In this document: positions 22,791 through 36,957 of the stretch, piece after piece
Numbering within the stretch: the first letter of the stretch is position 1
Layout: each line of letters opens with the position of its first letter
DNA from: Marsupella aquatica
Lineage: Eukaryota > Plantae > Marchantiophyta
Length of the DNA stretch: 64,000 nucleotides
NCBI GenBank assembly: GCA_973895155.1
Contig: OZ316891.1
Span: forward strand, 9,859,875 to 9,923,874
Reading direction: 5' to 3'
Notes under the pieces: model-generated
The model's database searches: none
What the model was told of the DNA's origin: nothing
The model's input: only the letters and a program-made list of their open reading frames with translations
Program-made: the position numbers and the translations under genes

Positions 22791-25116
22791 CGTCTGTGCG
22801 ATTCTCCTGAGCAAGGCTAAAATTGATTACTCAGAAGGCAGATTGCTGGTTACGGCACCAGAGGGGTCTCAAGACGCTGCAGAAGGGAATCGCATTAGGC
22901 ACATGCATAGTGCTGGTACAAAGAGTGAAGCAATAAATTTAAGTCTTCAGTAATACAGCACGCCACATGCATAGTGCATACCAGGATAAAATGCAAGAGA
23001 TTCCACGACGAGCATGAGTTGGTATTTTTTGGGTTTGTATGGTCAAAGACCATGTTACGCTCAGAAAGAGACATCAGACCAGTAAGTCTCTGCTTTAAGG
23101 GCGAGGAGTCTACCTCCGTCCGGATATGTTATTTCCGGTTTCTCTTGCTCTGCTGCGATCTTTGGTTCGGATATCTTGCAAAAGTGATATGACTCTGTGT
23201 CAATTGAGAGTAACGGTTATCTGTAGAATGCTATGGTTTTAGAATAGAATGCCCAAATAATGCCGAGTTCGTTCATACAACAGTTCCGTTTTGCCTTGCA
23301 AACAATTGAGAAATGGCTAAGATCGTTCAAATTCCACCACATTAGGGAAGGTTATAAGCTGGATACTGAACGTAAACTCAAAGTCAGTGCAAAATGTCAG
23401 CAAGATCTTCCAGTATTTCATACCACCCATGTCCCATATATATTCCGCCAGGTGGGAAAGCAGGGGCATCACCCTCTGGCAACTCGGTGATGACAGCTTC
23501 TGTGGTTGTCAGTAACAAGGAAACAATGCAGCAAGACAAGAGGCAAAGTCAGATACCCAACTTTCATAAGATCGATCTCTGCTCCCACGTCGGCGAAGTA
23601 GAGAATACATATGCATATACTCTTGCGCGCTCTAAAACGAGGTGTCACCTTAACAAGCCTTATACCTGTACGTCCCATCCAAATCTCTCGACTCTAGAAG
23701 ATCGAAGAGGTCATGACCCAAAATACAGATCCCAGAAATAACGACCTCTGTAGAAGATGGATCCATAAAGAAAAGCCTGCTCGGACCCATATACCTCATA
23801 GAAAGGAAACACCGGGAGCTGATCACCTACTCCGCTCACCAAACCCTCAACCTTACCTTGTCGCAGACATTCCAAAGACGAAGATAAAAAACGCAGCGCT
23901 AAAAAATGGGAAATAAAACTGACAGTCAAGAAGTGCAAACGAGGAAAAAAAAGCAAACGAAGAAAACCCACCCCGCAGCCGACACAAAAGCTGTCGCCGG
24001 CCTCTGCAGACAAGGAAACCTCCTTGCAACAGACACAGAAGCTGTCGCCGGCCCCTCATTGTCGCTGCTGCTCAGTGCTTGTAATGAATTGAGCACTAAG
24101 CAGTAATGCAAGACCAGGAACAAACGTAAATCGACTACAGGGACGAATAGATGTCTGTACAAGCCCCGACCATCCCGATCTCTCAACCCTAAATGTTGTT
24201 CGCACGCCCACTCACAACCCGAAATTGCAAAACAACCTGCAATCCCCTTGAATCCATCCATTCGTGTAGATTGAAGCTTTCATTGCCAGCTAATCGTTCC
24301 TGTGTATCCGGGAATCAATCTTCAGTATTCCGGGAACGAGAGCGAGACTATTTCGTCAAATTCGATGCTGGACTAGCATCAGGCCAGAGTCATACTTGAA
24401 TATAATAATAATAATGTCAGTGTCGCCTACTCCAAACCCTAACACTGCACGAGAGGTTCGAATTCACAGCTCTTATTTGAGCGGTAAATAGTTTCGGAAA
24501 TATTCAAACTGTGAGGTGTACAGTTGGCATCCTTTAGTTGGTCCTCACTGGCGCCTATTTTTCAGTTTTTCTTCTTATTCTTATTAGTGGACACTTCCGC
24601 TGGCATCATTTAGTTGGTCACTTGGTCTCCTCTCGACTTTATGCTCCGTTAGTCGGTTACTTATTATTAACTTTGTTTGCACTTGGCTTTAGTGTAGTAG
24701 TTCCTAACGCGTGTGACTGTGTGGAGAGCACAGGGCAATGATGTCCAGCATGGGGTCCAGGAAAACTTCATCGAGTATGCATTCTAAAATCAGCCAAACA
24801 TGGATCTTATCATATAAAGGGCAAAGGGGAGACTGAGGATGTAAGCTAGGATATAAGTTTTAGACTGCCACCTCTAAAGAGTGACTCTAGGGCCCCACCA
24901 AAGTATATGTGCATGTAAAGACAATCTGCCTAAACTTAGTGCCCTACCAAAGTGTATATGTGAAAAAAATTAATTGCACAAACATGGTTATGTATGAAAA
25001 TATGTGTACATGTAAAGAGTATATCCATAAACATGATGATATATTATGTATAACATGAATGATTTTTGTTCATTTCATTAATATCTAAAGAGTGAAAATA
25101 GAGAATATATTTTGTT

Positions 25117-25233
25117 ACAGTTTAGTATACTCTTCTCTACTCATGTTCAACAAACAGAGTTTAGTATATTCTTCTCTACTCATGTTCAACAAACAGGTAA
25201 TTTTCTATATTCATGTTCAAAGAACAGGTAGTC
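25117..25233. repeat. Short tandem repeat of ~30-40 bp units, about 3 copies
   Basis: ttctctactcatgttcaacaaacag occurs twice, followed by a variant ttctatattcatgttcaaagaacag. Confidence 0.75.
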
Positions 25234-27398
25234 TATGTAATCTGGGCTAGTCTATGTTGAAATTAGTCTAGCATAGGTCCAATGTTGTGCCACCTTTGTC
25301 TATTTTTCAAAACCTTACCAATCGTTAATGGTCTTAACTGGCAAAAGGTGGCAGTATAATCAATAGTTGATGGTCTGAACTGGCAAAAGGGTGGACAAAA
25401 GTGACTATTTTGTCCTCCCACAATTTTGGGGACATTGGCAGATTATATCACACTAGATCTAAACAATTTTGTTGCCTCATCTATATTTCTTTCCCTTGCA
25501 TAGATTTCCTTGCCTCAATTGTTTCGCCTTGACATCTTTTGTTCCAGACAAGGGCATTGGACTAGTGTACCATTAAATAAGCATTGTAGAGGATCATTGA
25601 CGAACAAGTCCCTTGTCGTTTGATATTCAAAATAGGTAGATGGATTTACGGGAGAACTAAAGGCTACGATGACCCGCAAACTTTTAACCCGCGTCCTTTC
25701 CTTCCTAGATGGGAAGTCCCTACAATAGTTGGGTACAGGGAGCATCTTTGACACCCTTGAATAGTGCAATCCAAAGCTGCCAGCTGGCACTCCCTCGAAT
25801 GGAAACCTCGGATTAATAATTTATCGGGTCCGGGATGCCTGGCCACGACACGGATCCCTGGGACTCTTTTTCACTCTCGGTCGCTGATTAGTCTTCAGGA
25901 CAAAAATGTCCATCAGTCAGTGACGCACCAGAGAGGCGGAACGAACTGGCTGACCGTGCTACCGTGGCTAGCAAGAATCGAACCCACGGCACCGGCGCCG
26001 AGTGATCTACAGCGTGACCGTGCTTCTGTAGCAAGCACGAATCGAACCCGTCACAGGCGAAGCGGGGTAAACTTCTACCTAGGGAGACTGTCGCTGCACC
26101 CGACACCGTCAAACGCAGCAGACGAACTGTGGTTAGAGCTCCGGGCTCTCCGGGTGTGGTTCGGACCGGCAGAGCCGTGGCCCGATTGGTCGGAGCACCG
26201 AGCCTTCGGTCCGGTTGCCTGCCTGGCCGCATGCCACAAACTGGGGAGGCTTGATTGGCTTTCCCGCTTTACCTGTTCCTTTCGCAGAGAGCTGTGATCC
26301 ATTGAGAGAAGCGCTTTGTTGTTTCGCGGAGGACAGGAAGAGTTTTGCCCAATTCCATCGTTCGTCGAGACGAGACGAGAGGAGAGGAGAGGATTCCATG
26401 GTGAACGCGAAAATCGGGCGGGCAGTGTTGCGGGCGGGCTGTGAGGGCAAATGTTACTTTTTTTGGGCCTTTCCCGTTTAGATCTCCGTGTCTGCCATCG
26501 TCAGCGATTGCTTGATTGATTTGAATACGGGGGACAGCGCATCGGTTGGGATTTTGAGGCTGATTGTCTTTCCGCCCCTGCTTTGCTTCGCCACACAACA
26601 CATTGGCGTCCACGTTGCGCGACATCTTGTTTCTCGCTGGCAATCTCTGCTAGTAGCAATTCCTTGACAGTGATCTGTGTGTCACTCGCGCATCTACTTT
26701 CTGTTTTCGTTACGGTCGTCGTGCGTGTCATCATTTTCTCGGCGCTTCGCCTGTCTGGTGTTTGTAATAAGGGAACTGCCTTCTTCCTTGCTCGCCCAAG
26801 GTTTTCGTCTCGCGCTCTTTCTCTCTTGCTGTTCCACTCGTGCTTGTTTGTCCGCTCCGGCAGTCGTGCTCTAGCTCCAGGATTGCTCTCTCCCCCGTTG
26901 TGCTCGTCCTCTCCTCCAAGCTTGACGTCAATCCGTCCTTCTTATGGCACCGGAGTGGAAGTGAAACACTGCATCTTGTTTAATTCTACGTCGCCCCCAT
27001 TCGTGGATAGCTGTAGGACATTGCGGGCTTATTGCTAGCGCCCCTTGTGAAAGGAGCATCCAAACTTTGGCTGCCAGATTCTTTCCGGTGTTACGGAGGG
27101 GAGGGCGCAGAGCATTCGGCGGTGCCAACCGGTGCATCGCGTTGGATATCAAGATGCAGGGAATGGTTTGCTACCTGGTGGCTCAGTACCTGTGACTGTT
27201 TACGATAGATATGATATTGAATTTTTTTGTTGAAGCACTACAATGACGCTCTGCCGCGGGACCTCTCGTAGGATTTAACCGTTCATCGGATCAGGAATAA
27301 GGCTCGTTATTTGGGGGCTTGAAGGAGCGTCCACTGCTTAAGCGGCACTGTTATTGGGAGGCGTCCGCTCTTCGTGGGGATATTTGGCAGTGGAAAGG

Positions 27399-30300
27399 AT
27401 GGCCGAGGTTTTGCTGCACGTGTATGATGTGACGAACAGTATGAATGTGAAGGCCAACACCGCTATCGTCCAGCTGAACAAACTGATGCGTGACGGGATG
27501 GGAGTTGGAGGCATATTTCATGGCGCTATCCAGGTTTGCCTCTTTTCCCTGGATACCCCTGTTCTCATGTACTTCTGGACGGGCTTCCAATGTCGTCATG
27601 TGATCCTATTGGTTCGCCTCTCTTGGGTCCTAATCTTTCAACCTTGACAGCACGCAGACGCTTGTTTGTTTAAATCCGTAGGTCTTCCTATCGTGCGCAA
27701 GGTACCTCGTGTAACCGAGTGTTTTTACTTGTGCGAGGAGAGTTGCGGCTGCCTACATACTAGCTGTCGGGCCGTTTTAGGAACAACAGCCAATGGTCCT
27801 TAGGTCCAGAAGAGTATTGTACCCGATCAGTCATGATATCGAAAGCTAGTCCGCTCTCACCCGAAAGTGGTGGATCTTTAAGTCGCCTTACTAAGTTGCT
27901 CATCTAATCACGAACTAAGATGGGGGAAATTCTTTCCCGGTTTTGAAAAATAATGAACCCGAAGGCGAGTTGTCTCATCAATACGTTCTAGTGGCTTTTG
28001 GCCGCGATAGTGCCATTTGCTAGCCTTGGCACTGGGCCGTGCAATCCTTCGATTCCCCGTAGATGCCTGGAGTTTGGTTGGAAGAGTGAAGGTGATCGTT
28101 TGGTTTCGAGCCGCCGTTTGTTAGAGTGCGTTGTTGACCTGAGAGTGGCAGGCAGGAAAGGTACATATTCAGAATGTGTTGTGGATTGTCCTCAACGTTG
28201 TGGATTTTCTGCCGGAGGTACCAAGTCGTGACGGGTCAGATAGTAATTATGTCCACATCAGAGAAGTTTGATAGGAATTTTTCATGTCTATGTCCGCCGA
28301 AACTTGGCGAGGGAAATGAAAGACACTCGTGATGAACTTTAGTAACTACTTACATGATAATCTCGGCCCCATGTTGGGACCTGATGAAGTATGTTGGGAG
28401 TTGTGGCAGCTAGTCTCCGATGAACACGAAGAAGAGATATCTTTTGATGGCCACTCGTTGAAGATCCTTCCCTCGAAATCAAGGGTATTTCCTGGCAAAT
28501 GTTGCATTCTATCCACACATTAACCTTAACGTCAGAATGTTCTGAAGGACTTAACACTTTCCTCAAATTATGGAAAATCTCAGTCATGCGTGAGGGGCAC
28601 CTACAATAGTTAAACAGGAACTTTCATTCACCGAACAACGGTGTAGGTATTTCTGTTCTGTTTCACAGCACAGCTGCACTGTAGTACCAAGAAATCTATC
28701 TTGCGTGCTACCCTTTACCCTCCAAGCAACGAACTTTTGTAGTGTTGGAATACCTAACACATTCACGGATAATTGGAGCCTTATATCAGAATGACTGCAA
28801 AATGCCACTGATAATAATTCTTGTAGGAAGGTCGTTAGTACTATGTATCTTCCGGTGATCCAAAGTAAGTGGTCAGCTATGGGCGACTAAGTGATTCTAT
28901 AATCAGTGCAGGTCTATGAAGAAGAGTGGTCCTTTGGCTACTGCGAGCATGGAAGTGGAGTTTTCAGCTGTCCTCCCAAACAAAACCCGATGTATACATA
29001 CCGCGAAACTGTGCCTCTGGGCCGCACCACGCTAGGGCCATTGGTTGTCAACCAGATTTTAACGGAGATGAGCAGAGAATGGCAGGGCTGTACTTATGAT
29101 TTATTGGCCAGAAATTGTAACCATTTCTGTGAAGTATTTTGCGCAAGACTGGGTGTCCAAAAACTACCTCGTAAGTTTTTTGAAAACTCTGGTTGTGACA
29201 TGGGCCCCGTCTCATTTTGAGCTATATCAGACTCGAGATTCGAGTCGTATGAAGAGTCCGTTTTATTCTGTTTGCGAGGTCCTTACTTTTTTTTGTTGGC
29301 CATTAACGACATCACTTCTGTTCTGCCGGCAGTGTGGGTGAATCGATTCGCAAAGACAGGAGATGCGGCAGTGGAAGTTGCTGGAAATACGATGGACAGG
29401 GTATGCTGTTGGCCCAAACACCTTTTTGATTTATCAAAAAAGTTCTATTTAACTAAGTGACTTAACACTGATGCCCGGCTTGTGATATTGATGTCCACTT
29501 CAGTACACGGTAGAGAAGATGTACAATAGAGCCTTAAAAGAAAATTTCCTGGCAGTGAAGTTCCTCCTTGTCTAATGATTTGCCGTCGACCGCTTTTAAA
29601 TCTAAGAAGGTAATGATATTGAGCACCTAGCCATCCCAGACAATTTTACTAAATGAACCCACTTATAAGAAGGTGACATTCGAGGTTTCTGTTGCGAACC
29701 GTGGTGATTTGCCGTCGACCGATTTGTCTCAATGCGGATAGCAGCTCCCTAGTGGTCTTTTCATATCCTTAAGAAAGCTCAGAATAATTGCCAAGGGTCG
29801 TTGTGTTCCTCCTGCACGGGTTCTAGGTGTTTGGCCATCCTGTAGCTTAAATCGGCGTCTGCATTTTTAGATGATGTAAACGAAGTCGTTAAGTCTGTAA
29901 TTTGGCAGTGCAGATATTAGGTCGGCAGTCCCCAGTGCACTCGCTCATGCGATTACCTGCTTTAGTAATAATATTCGTTCTTGATTTGTCGAGCTGCCCG
30001 AATTTCTAAATTGAAATGCATTTGTTTTTTGGCATTTTCATATGTAGCTCAATACTGTCGCCGTGTCTGGCTTGGGACCACCATATCTGATTCATTTGGA
30101 GATAATCATACTCCTTCCATTCTGTCACGGGTGTTATGCCCGAGAGTGGTTCACTGGGCTTCCAATCTTGTGTGGACAAAGTACATTGGATCTTAAATTG
30201 CCCCTCCAGGAGATTCGGACAAGCTTGACCTGCTCATAACTTTATGGCATTTACTTCTTATACCCAAAATTCTTTGATAAAATCCCACAATATATCGTCA

Positions 30301-31086
30301 TTGAAGATTTGTCACTATTTTTCTGTAGACAGTGCCCATTTGTTTCCAAGTGTCCTCGCTTAGCTACTTTCGAGAAGTCATCGATGGTTTAGTCTGGAAG
30401 TGCTGAAGCCGAGCAGGAATTCAGTGCTCAAATGATGCCGACGCTATTTGGATATAAATAACCAACTAGTGAAAAATAACTCCAATGCTATATCAAGATA
30501 ATTGCATGCATCTGTGACCATCTTCACATTGGCCCTGTTGAAAGGCCTAATAGATAACTCTGCTAGCTGTGCTAGTTGAATTTGTTTTTAGTCGATCAAG
30601 TTTAGAGGCAAACTGCAGATCGAGGGTTAATGACGGATGCAACCATACAGAATTCGGAAAGTGGATGTTCTTTTCAGTCTAGACCTAAAGGTTGTATAAT
30701 CCTATTGTGCCAGTCGAAAATTAATGATGCATCTTCTGATGTATCTCGTTGATGAATGGTTGCAGTTGAAACAAGCCAAGGATGAGGTGGTGTCGGCAGG
30801 GAGGGTTGCGTATCGGTACTTGTTTGGGGACAGACCTCCAACATCTGCCATCAGCCCAGATTCAGGATTGTCTGACTCAAGAATTGGCGGTTCTGACTCG
30901 TCTCGCAGGTTTACATTTTCAAGAACTCCATCTCGGATTATTGCCAAAACCTCTTTAGACAGTCCTAGTCAAGAGAATATGCAGACAGAGAATGCGTCCA
31001 AGGTGGAGAATGATAGAAGCATCACGTCCTTTCTCCTGTCGTGGAAAGAACCTTCCTTGCGCAAGGGTGAAGAACCAAAATCTTAA
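27399..31086 (+). CDS. DeSI-like / PPPDE-domain peptidase (putative deSUMOylase or deubiquitinase)
   Basis: Exons 27399-27533, 28912-29170, 29333-29400, 30766-31086 join in phase. Motifs VLLHVYDV, GGIFHGAIQVY.EEWSFG (catalytic His), YDLLARNCNHFC (catalytic Cys), WVNRFA. Confidence 0.93.
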
Positions 31087-34000
31087 ACTCCTGCTTACCT
31101 CATTCACACGATGAACACTAAGCTGCACATGCAACGGTCAGCGTCGTCTCCGTACAGTATGGCCATTGAGGCAGAATTTTCAGTGCTAGAGTAGTCTACG
31201 AACAGTCCTGACTGAGGGCCAATCTTTCTTCAGTGGAATGTTCCAGTGCAGCTCTACGACTTTTTTGAATCTTATTGATTAAACTTTGTTAGAAAGTATG
31301 TAGGTGGTACGTCGGCAGACAAGACGGGGAATGCCTCGCGCCCAACTATTTCAAGTAGGTTTGTACCTTAGTTACGTAGTTAGGTTTGGCAGGACGAATA
31401 CCTTACGTGTATTGAGGGATCGTCCCCGCCCACTCCCTGTACATTTTAGTCCCCATTCATTGGAGTGTACTTCCTTGTACATGTCTTGCAAATTCGACTT
31501 TCTGCACCAGAGACTTCTTTCATCTCTCCGATTTTGTCTTGGACTGTGTGCTGATAATTTACACTGGCTTGTCGTACATTGACAAAGCTCTAAAAAGTGT
31601 AAGGTGCTTTTAAGTACACAGTTTGAATATGTCTCGTCTTTTTAAATATCATACTTTTTTACATCTGTGTCCTGAACTTTTCTATGCAGCTGTTCGTTGC
31701 CTTGCATGGTGTTCCCTTGTTTGCCATTCAAGTTGCGCAGACTTGGTTGAGTTGATTGTGAAGTTCGTTTGTAGAGGACGCATCTGCGTATATTCTTGAG
31801 CTGTGATTGTGGGAGAGGAGAATGACTCACGATCTCCTTGGAAACCCTGGATTGGAATTTGAAAGTCACTCTAATCATTGGCAAAGAGGGAGTGTTACTT
31901 TGCGTGCTTGTGAAGACCATCGGGATATCCATTGGCACGGAAGCTGCCAAAGTAGGGATAGCTCTCGATCATCCTTTGACGGAACTTTAACCAGTTTTGG
32001 ATGCAACATCACAGGTCATAGAATTCTATCCACCATTTGACTAATGGGTGTTTAGCCGGCTAGCAGTACAAAGTATCAAGGGTAGAGAGGTGTATCGCTG
32101 CCGTGTGTGCCAATTTTCACCTCATGGAAATTCCACAACCATAGGGAGAACAAGTTCCTGGACTTCTCCTGTTTAATCTACCCTGACAATTAAAGTAGCC
32201 TTGTGAGACGGGAAATTTTTGACACTGATGCCCAACCGATGGTTTTAGAAGAACGGACATCTTCTGTATAATTGCACCTTCAGACCACTGATGGTTCTTT
32301 GATACTAACACTCTATTTCCACGTGACTACATCTTGACCCGCCTACAGGTCGTTGCAGAAGGGAGACCGTACGTACAGTCCAGGACAATGGAGATACAGT
32401 TCGTGTGTCCCTTCTTACTATTGAAGAAGTTGGTATCCTTGGTTCTGTTTACAAATAGCGGGCACGATTCATGCCTTTGTGACTTACTGATATAAATCCT
32501 GAAATGTCTATTAAGTTCGCTGGCTTATGTTAGTTGTACTAGTGTGCTCGTGGGAAGCAGAGATGACTATGGGCACAATTTACACCTCAACGTGCCTGGT
32601 GTGTTCATGCTCTTTCAGTTGGACAAAAATTAGAAATCTCTGAAGTGCATCTTGGATACCATAGTTTTACTTGAGTTTTGATCGCAATCCACCCCTAGAG
32701 ACCTTACACAAACCTTACATGGTTGAGGTGATCTGTAAGGCAAGTAGACATGTATGGGACCTGCCACAACTCCATCCATCCTGCCTAGTACAACAACAGT
32801 TGCATGTGTCACAGCTCGCACCTGACCTCGAGCAATTGCCACTTTAAAGGTGCGAGGGTGTGAAAAAGAGTGACCTTGTGAAATCTGATAAGTGTGAAGT
32901 ATTTTGTTATGTATGATTATTAAAATGATGACATCCATGAAGCTTTTTTTATCATTTCATTAACCTTCAAAAAATGTGAGGTGTATATTTTAGTGACATT
33001 TTATTGTCCTCCCTGCTATTCATGTTCAAAGAATAGGTAGTCCGGGCTATTGGAGATAATAATAGAATAATCCCAAAACCACATCCTTGGGACCCAAAAA
33101 ACAGTACTTCAACAGTTGAGAGTAAAATGAAGATTAGCCACATCACAAGATGTATCTATCATTCATATAGTGCATATATTGTTCCAATATGCTTATGTAC
33201 AGTCATCATAATTAGGTTTTGACGAGGAAGTAAAGTTGTGGAAATTAAGTAGCCTTCAGTCCAGGCTCCTAAGTTCCATCTATATTGAGGGATATATCTT
33301 GCACCCCCTCAAAATGAAAAATGTTACTGGATGGACCCCACGAATTGTCCAAACCATTCATAGACCTTAAATCAACTTAACCAAACCCTCATGTGGACCT
33401 CATGGGGTCCACCAAGTAACACTTTTCAATCAAGAATATATCTCTCCTCCTCTAGTAAGAAGGAAAATGGAGCATCTACACTAGTAATTTTATTAAAATA
33501 TGCTAGGATCAGTATACAGGCAGCTTTTCATAAGTGCAATACCTGGCTATGCGGGGTGTCCCATTCTTCCCTCTTTCTGGACCATTTTGCCCCTATTTTG
33601 CAGTTTTTTCAAGTGCAAAGAGTGCTGCACTGAAAAGCAAATGTAAGTCCAAGCCCCTTAGAATTCCTTTGACTTACACTTATTGACAAGTGCAACTTGT
33701 TTTATGTTGATTAAAGTTGCACATATGAGGTAGGGGATCACGTTTAGGGCAGGGATGTATAACTTATGAAGGAACTCATGAGAATGTCAACTGACATGTT
33801 GAGCAAAGACGACATTGACAATGACATGCCCATGAACATCCAACGCACAAGTAGTCGACATAAAGAGATATGTGATTCACCTCAGCTTGAGGTTACATTC
33901 ACGGGAACATGCAAGAGCTTTACTGCACTATAGGCCGTCAGCCATACCAAGTCTTTGCAAAACAAGCGATCTCCCTATCTCTCAACTGGCTCCCGTAACA

Positions 34001-35084
34001 ATGAACCTGAGTTCCTACTATCCAAGCAAACACCGCTTGGAATATAATGTGCAACCTAGTTAACCTGACCTAGTCTGTGACTATGATTAGCCCTAACTAC
34101 GATTACAGTCGTAACAATAGACTAAGAGTAAATGCCTAACATTAAGTGCACACCTGGTGCTTCTTCTGGGAAGTGTGCACATGAGCAAGAGTTGATTGAC
34201 TGTAGTTAAGTGGTTTTTACTCTCTAGTCCTCATTAATGTGGTTGACCATAATAGGGCATCTCAAAGCTTCATACTCAATTAGGGATGATGAAGTTTGGT
34301 CCCAAACAAATGTGCATAGCTTAATCACAAGATTATGTAAGTTTTTTTGTATTCTGTTTTCAATAGTCTCTAGAGTGACTTATGGTCATGGCCAATTTTT
34401 TTTTATGAATCTTGAATATGGTACTCCATAGCTGTTTCTGTCAATAGCCTTCACTACTAAGTTAAGGTCCATCAAATTTTGAGGTCTGAAACACTCTAAC
34501 AATGACTTTAGGACATCTACCACCTAGTTAAGTAGTAGCACACACAAAAAAGCTTGTCCAACCACACACGAAAAAGCTTGTCCAACCACTTTGAGGGCAG
34601 AGCTAAACTGATACTTTGGGCCAGTGATCTTTTTGCGGACTAAAGGTTTGAGACACCCTAATAGAATGAACAAAAAGAATGACAATTCATGGCCACTTCG
34701 AGATCATTCGCTTGAACTTTGCCATTCTGGTAAAGGAGTGGGCACCGCTATTGGTGTAGAAGCCCCATCCTTGCATTCCACTGGACCAGACTTTGCCTTT
34801 TGAGTCGAGGGAGAGGCTGGTAGAAATCATTCTGGAGTTTGTCTCTTTCTGTTGACTGATTTTGGACAGCTCGAGTACTTCATGTGTCGAGGAGTTCCTG
34901 AGGAGATTCCTCTGGGCGTGCGAGAGAACAGGCAAACAAAAACCTCATGGTTGAATTGCTTCATGGTATAAAGTAGAATGGCCATTGCCCACTCGAGTTT
35001 TTCAGACTCCCTGTTGGAGTTGCCTTGAGAGGATCCACGTGAGCAGGAGCTGAGACGAGAGCGTGATCTAGCGGATGGTAAACT

Positions 35085-36957
35085 ATGGCGACGGTTCAAT
35101 TGTTTAGATTAGCGTCGAGTGTTGCCTCTTGCTCTTGTTCACCTGCTTTGGGAGTAGTTTCCGTCCAATCGAGCAGTCGTGCTCTGGGGCCTCTTCCATC
35201 TTGTTCAGCATCTTCATCGTCGGCATCGTCGTCCTCGGTGCAGGTATTGTCCTCGGGCAATTGGACCTTTTTTGTGTTTTTCCATCGCTTTGCCCCCTCT
35301 ACCTTGTCCACTGTGTTCGCTGGAGTGAAAGTGAATGAAACTATCATTTCCATCGACCCATTTATCTTGCCTTTGCCTCAGGCAAGAGTAGCGTTACTTT
35401 GGTTCCTGCCCTTCTGAAGGTAGCATGACTATGGTCTAATGTATGTTTCTCGTATCAAATTGGGGCAGTGGACGGCTTCGTCTCTCGAGCTAGATTCTTT
35501 TTCACGAAGCAATGCATCCCCAGTCCTGTCCAAGCTTTTCATTCCGTTGAGATCATCGGGTGGGAGAGCCGTAGTACCTCGGAAGGCTGCGAGGGGGTCT
35601 TCCAGAATTGTTGCTGCTGCGGCCGCTCCTACCGGTACTGAGGAGCTGCCAGCGAAGTTGCAGGACATTGTGAGGCTATTTCAGCAGGTGACTGACGCGA
35701 GGGCGAAGTATGAGCAGCTGTTGTATTATGCTAAGCAGCTAAAGCCCCTGGCGAAAGAGTTTTGCACCAAAGAGAATAAGGTGGAGGGTTGCGTGTCACA
35801 GGTGTGGGTGAGGCCCGCTTTGAATGTGGAAGATGGCACCGTTTCCTTCGAGGCTGATTCGGATTCTTTGCTCACTAAAGGATTAGCAGCCCTTCTGGTG
35901 GAAGGACTTTCTGGTGCCACAGTAAAGGAGGTGCTGAGAGTGAATCCGGACTTCATTCAGATGCTAGGACTCAAACAGAGCCTGACCCCCTCTCGGAGCA
36001 ACGGGTTCCTGAACATGCTGAAGTTGATGCAGAAGAAGACGTTGCAAATGTACATGGAGGCAGAAGCTGGGAAAGGGTCTAGTGCTGGGAAGGGGAGGGA
36101 GAATGGCACGGAGGTGGGAGCATCCGCCTCCCAGATTAGTGGAATCGAGGTTAGAGCAGATAGTGGGGAGAGCAAGAATGGTGCTAATTCACCTTCTAGT
36201 GCCGCTCCAGAGCAGCGATCAATGAAGTCGTCTATTGAGAAAAAGGTCAGTCATTTTGACCTTTCTGTAGTTTTCTCTGGACACGTAACGGGAATCGCTG
36301 AGGCAGCGTATTCTTGCATTTAGGTTTTAGGTTTTCCTTATTTAGTTCCAGGAAGGAGATATGGGACAAACTAAATGACGACCATCTGCCATCTCAACCA
36401 ACCCATGGCCAGATCGCTGGAAACACATTGCAAATGTAGCAAATGTGCCCCAAGTGAAAGATAATGGAGCAATAGTCAATAAGGGATTGGCCCGTTGGAT
36501 ATTGAATTTACTCATTCTTGCATGTTTGTTTTACAGCTTCAAGAAGCACTGGCACCTACTGTGCTCGTGGTAGATGATGTATCTCACCAGCATGCAGGTC
36601 ATGCTGGAGTACACAAGGGTGCAACAGAGACTCATTTCAAGTATGTTACATCTAGCATAGATTTCAATGATCTACTATTTGGTAATGCTTATGTAGCAGC
36701 AACTGAGTTATCCTACTAAGGTCTTTATGCTACTGCCGAGTCGAATACCTTTCCGTTTCAAAGCACACCACGAATGATTTTCTGACCACTTCTGGCATTG
36801 TTGTTCTTGCAGTGTCACGGTTGTTTCGGACAAGTTTACAGGTAGTAGTTTGATCAAAAGGCACAGAGTTATCTATAGTTTACTGGATGAGGAACTGAAG
36901 AATGGAGTACATGCTTTGTCTCTGGTCACCAAGACCCCTTCAGAACCACTTTCATAG
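35085..36957 (+). CDS. SUFE1: Plastid SufE-like protein 1 (SufE domain plus C-terminal BolA domain)
   Basis: Exons 35085-35243 (Ser/Ala-rich transit peptide), 35469-36245, 36537-36640, 36813-36957. SufE motifs NKVEGCVSQVWV, FEADSDSLLTKG, SLTPSRSNGF. BolA motifs DVSHQHAGH..ETHF, SLIKRHRVIY..EELKNGVHALSL. Confidence 0.95.

Noticed and set aside
23260-23490. SFKFHHIREG, weakly like a retroelement RNase H motif
   Set aside because: The other catalytic residues are missing and no RT or integrase sequence is nearby.
25764-27152. Several GC-rich ORFs of 100-177 aa
   Set aside because: These overlap on both strands in the GC/CT-rich promoter and 5'UTR of the DeSI gene, with no domain signal.
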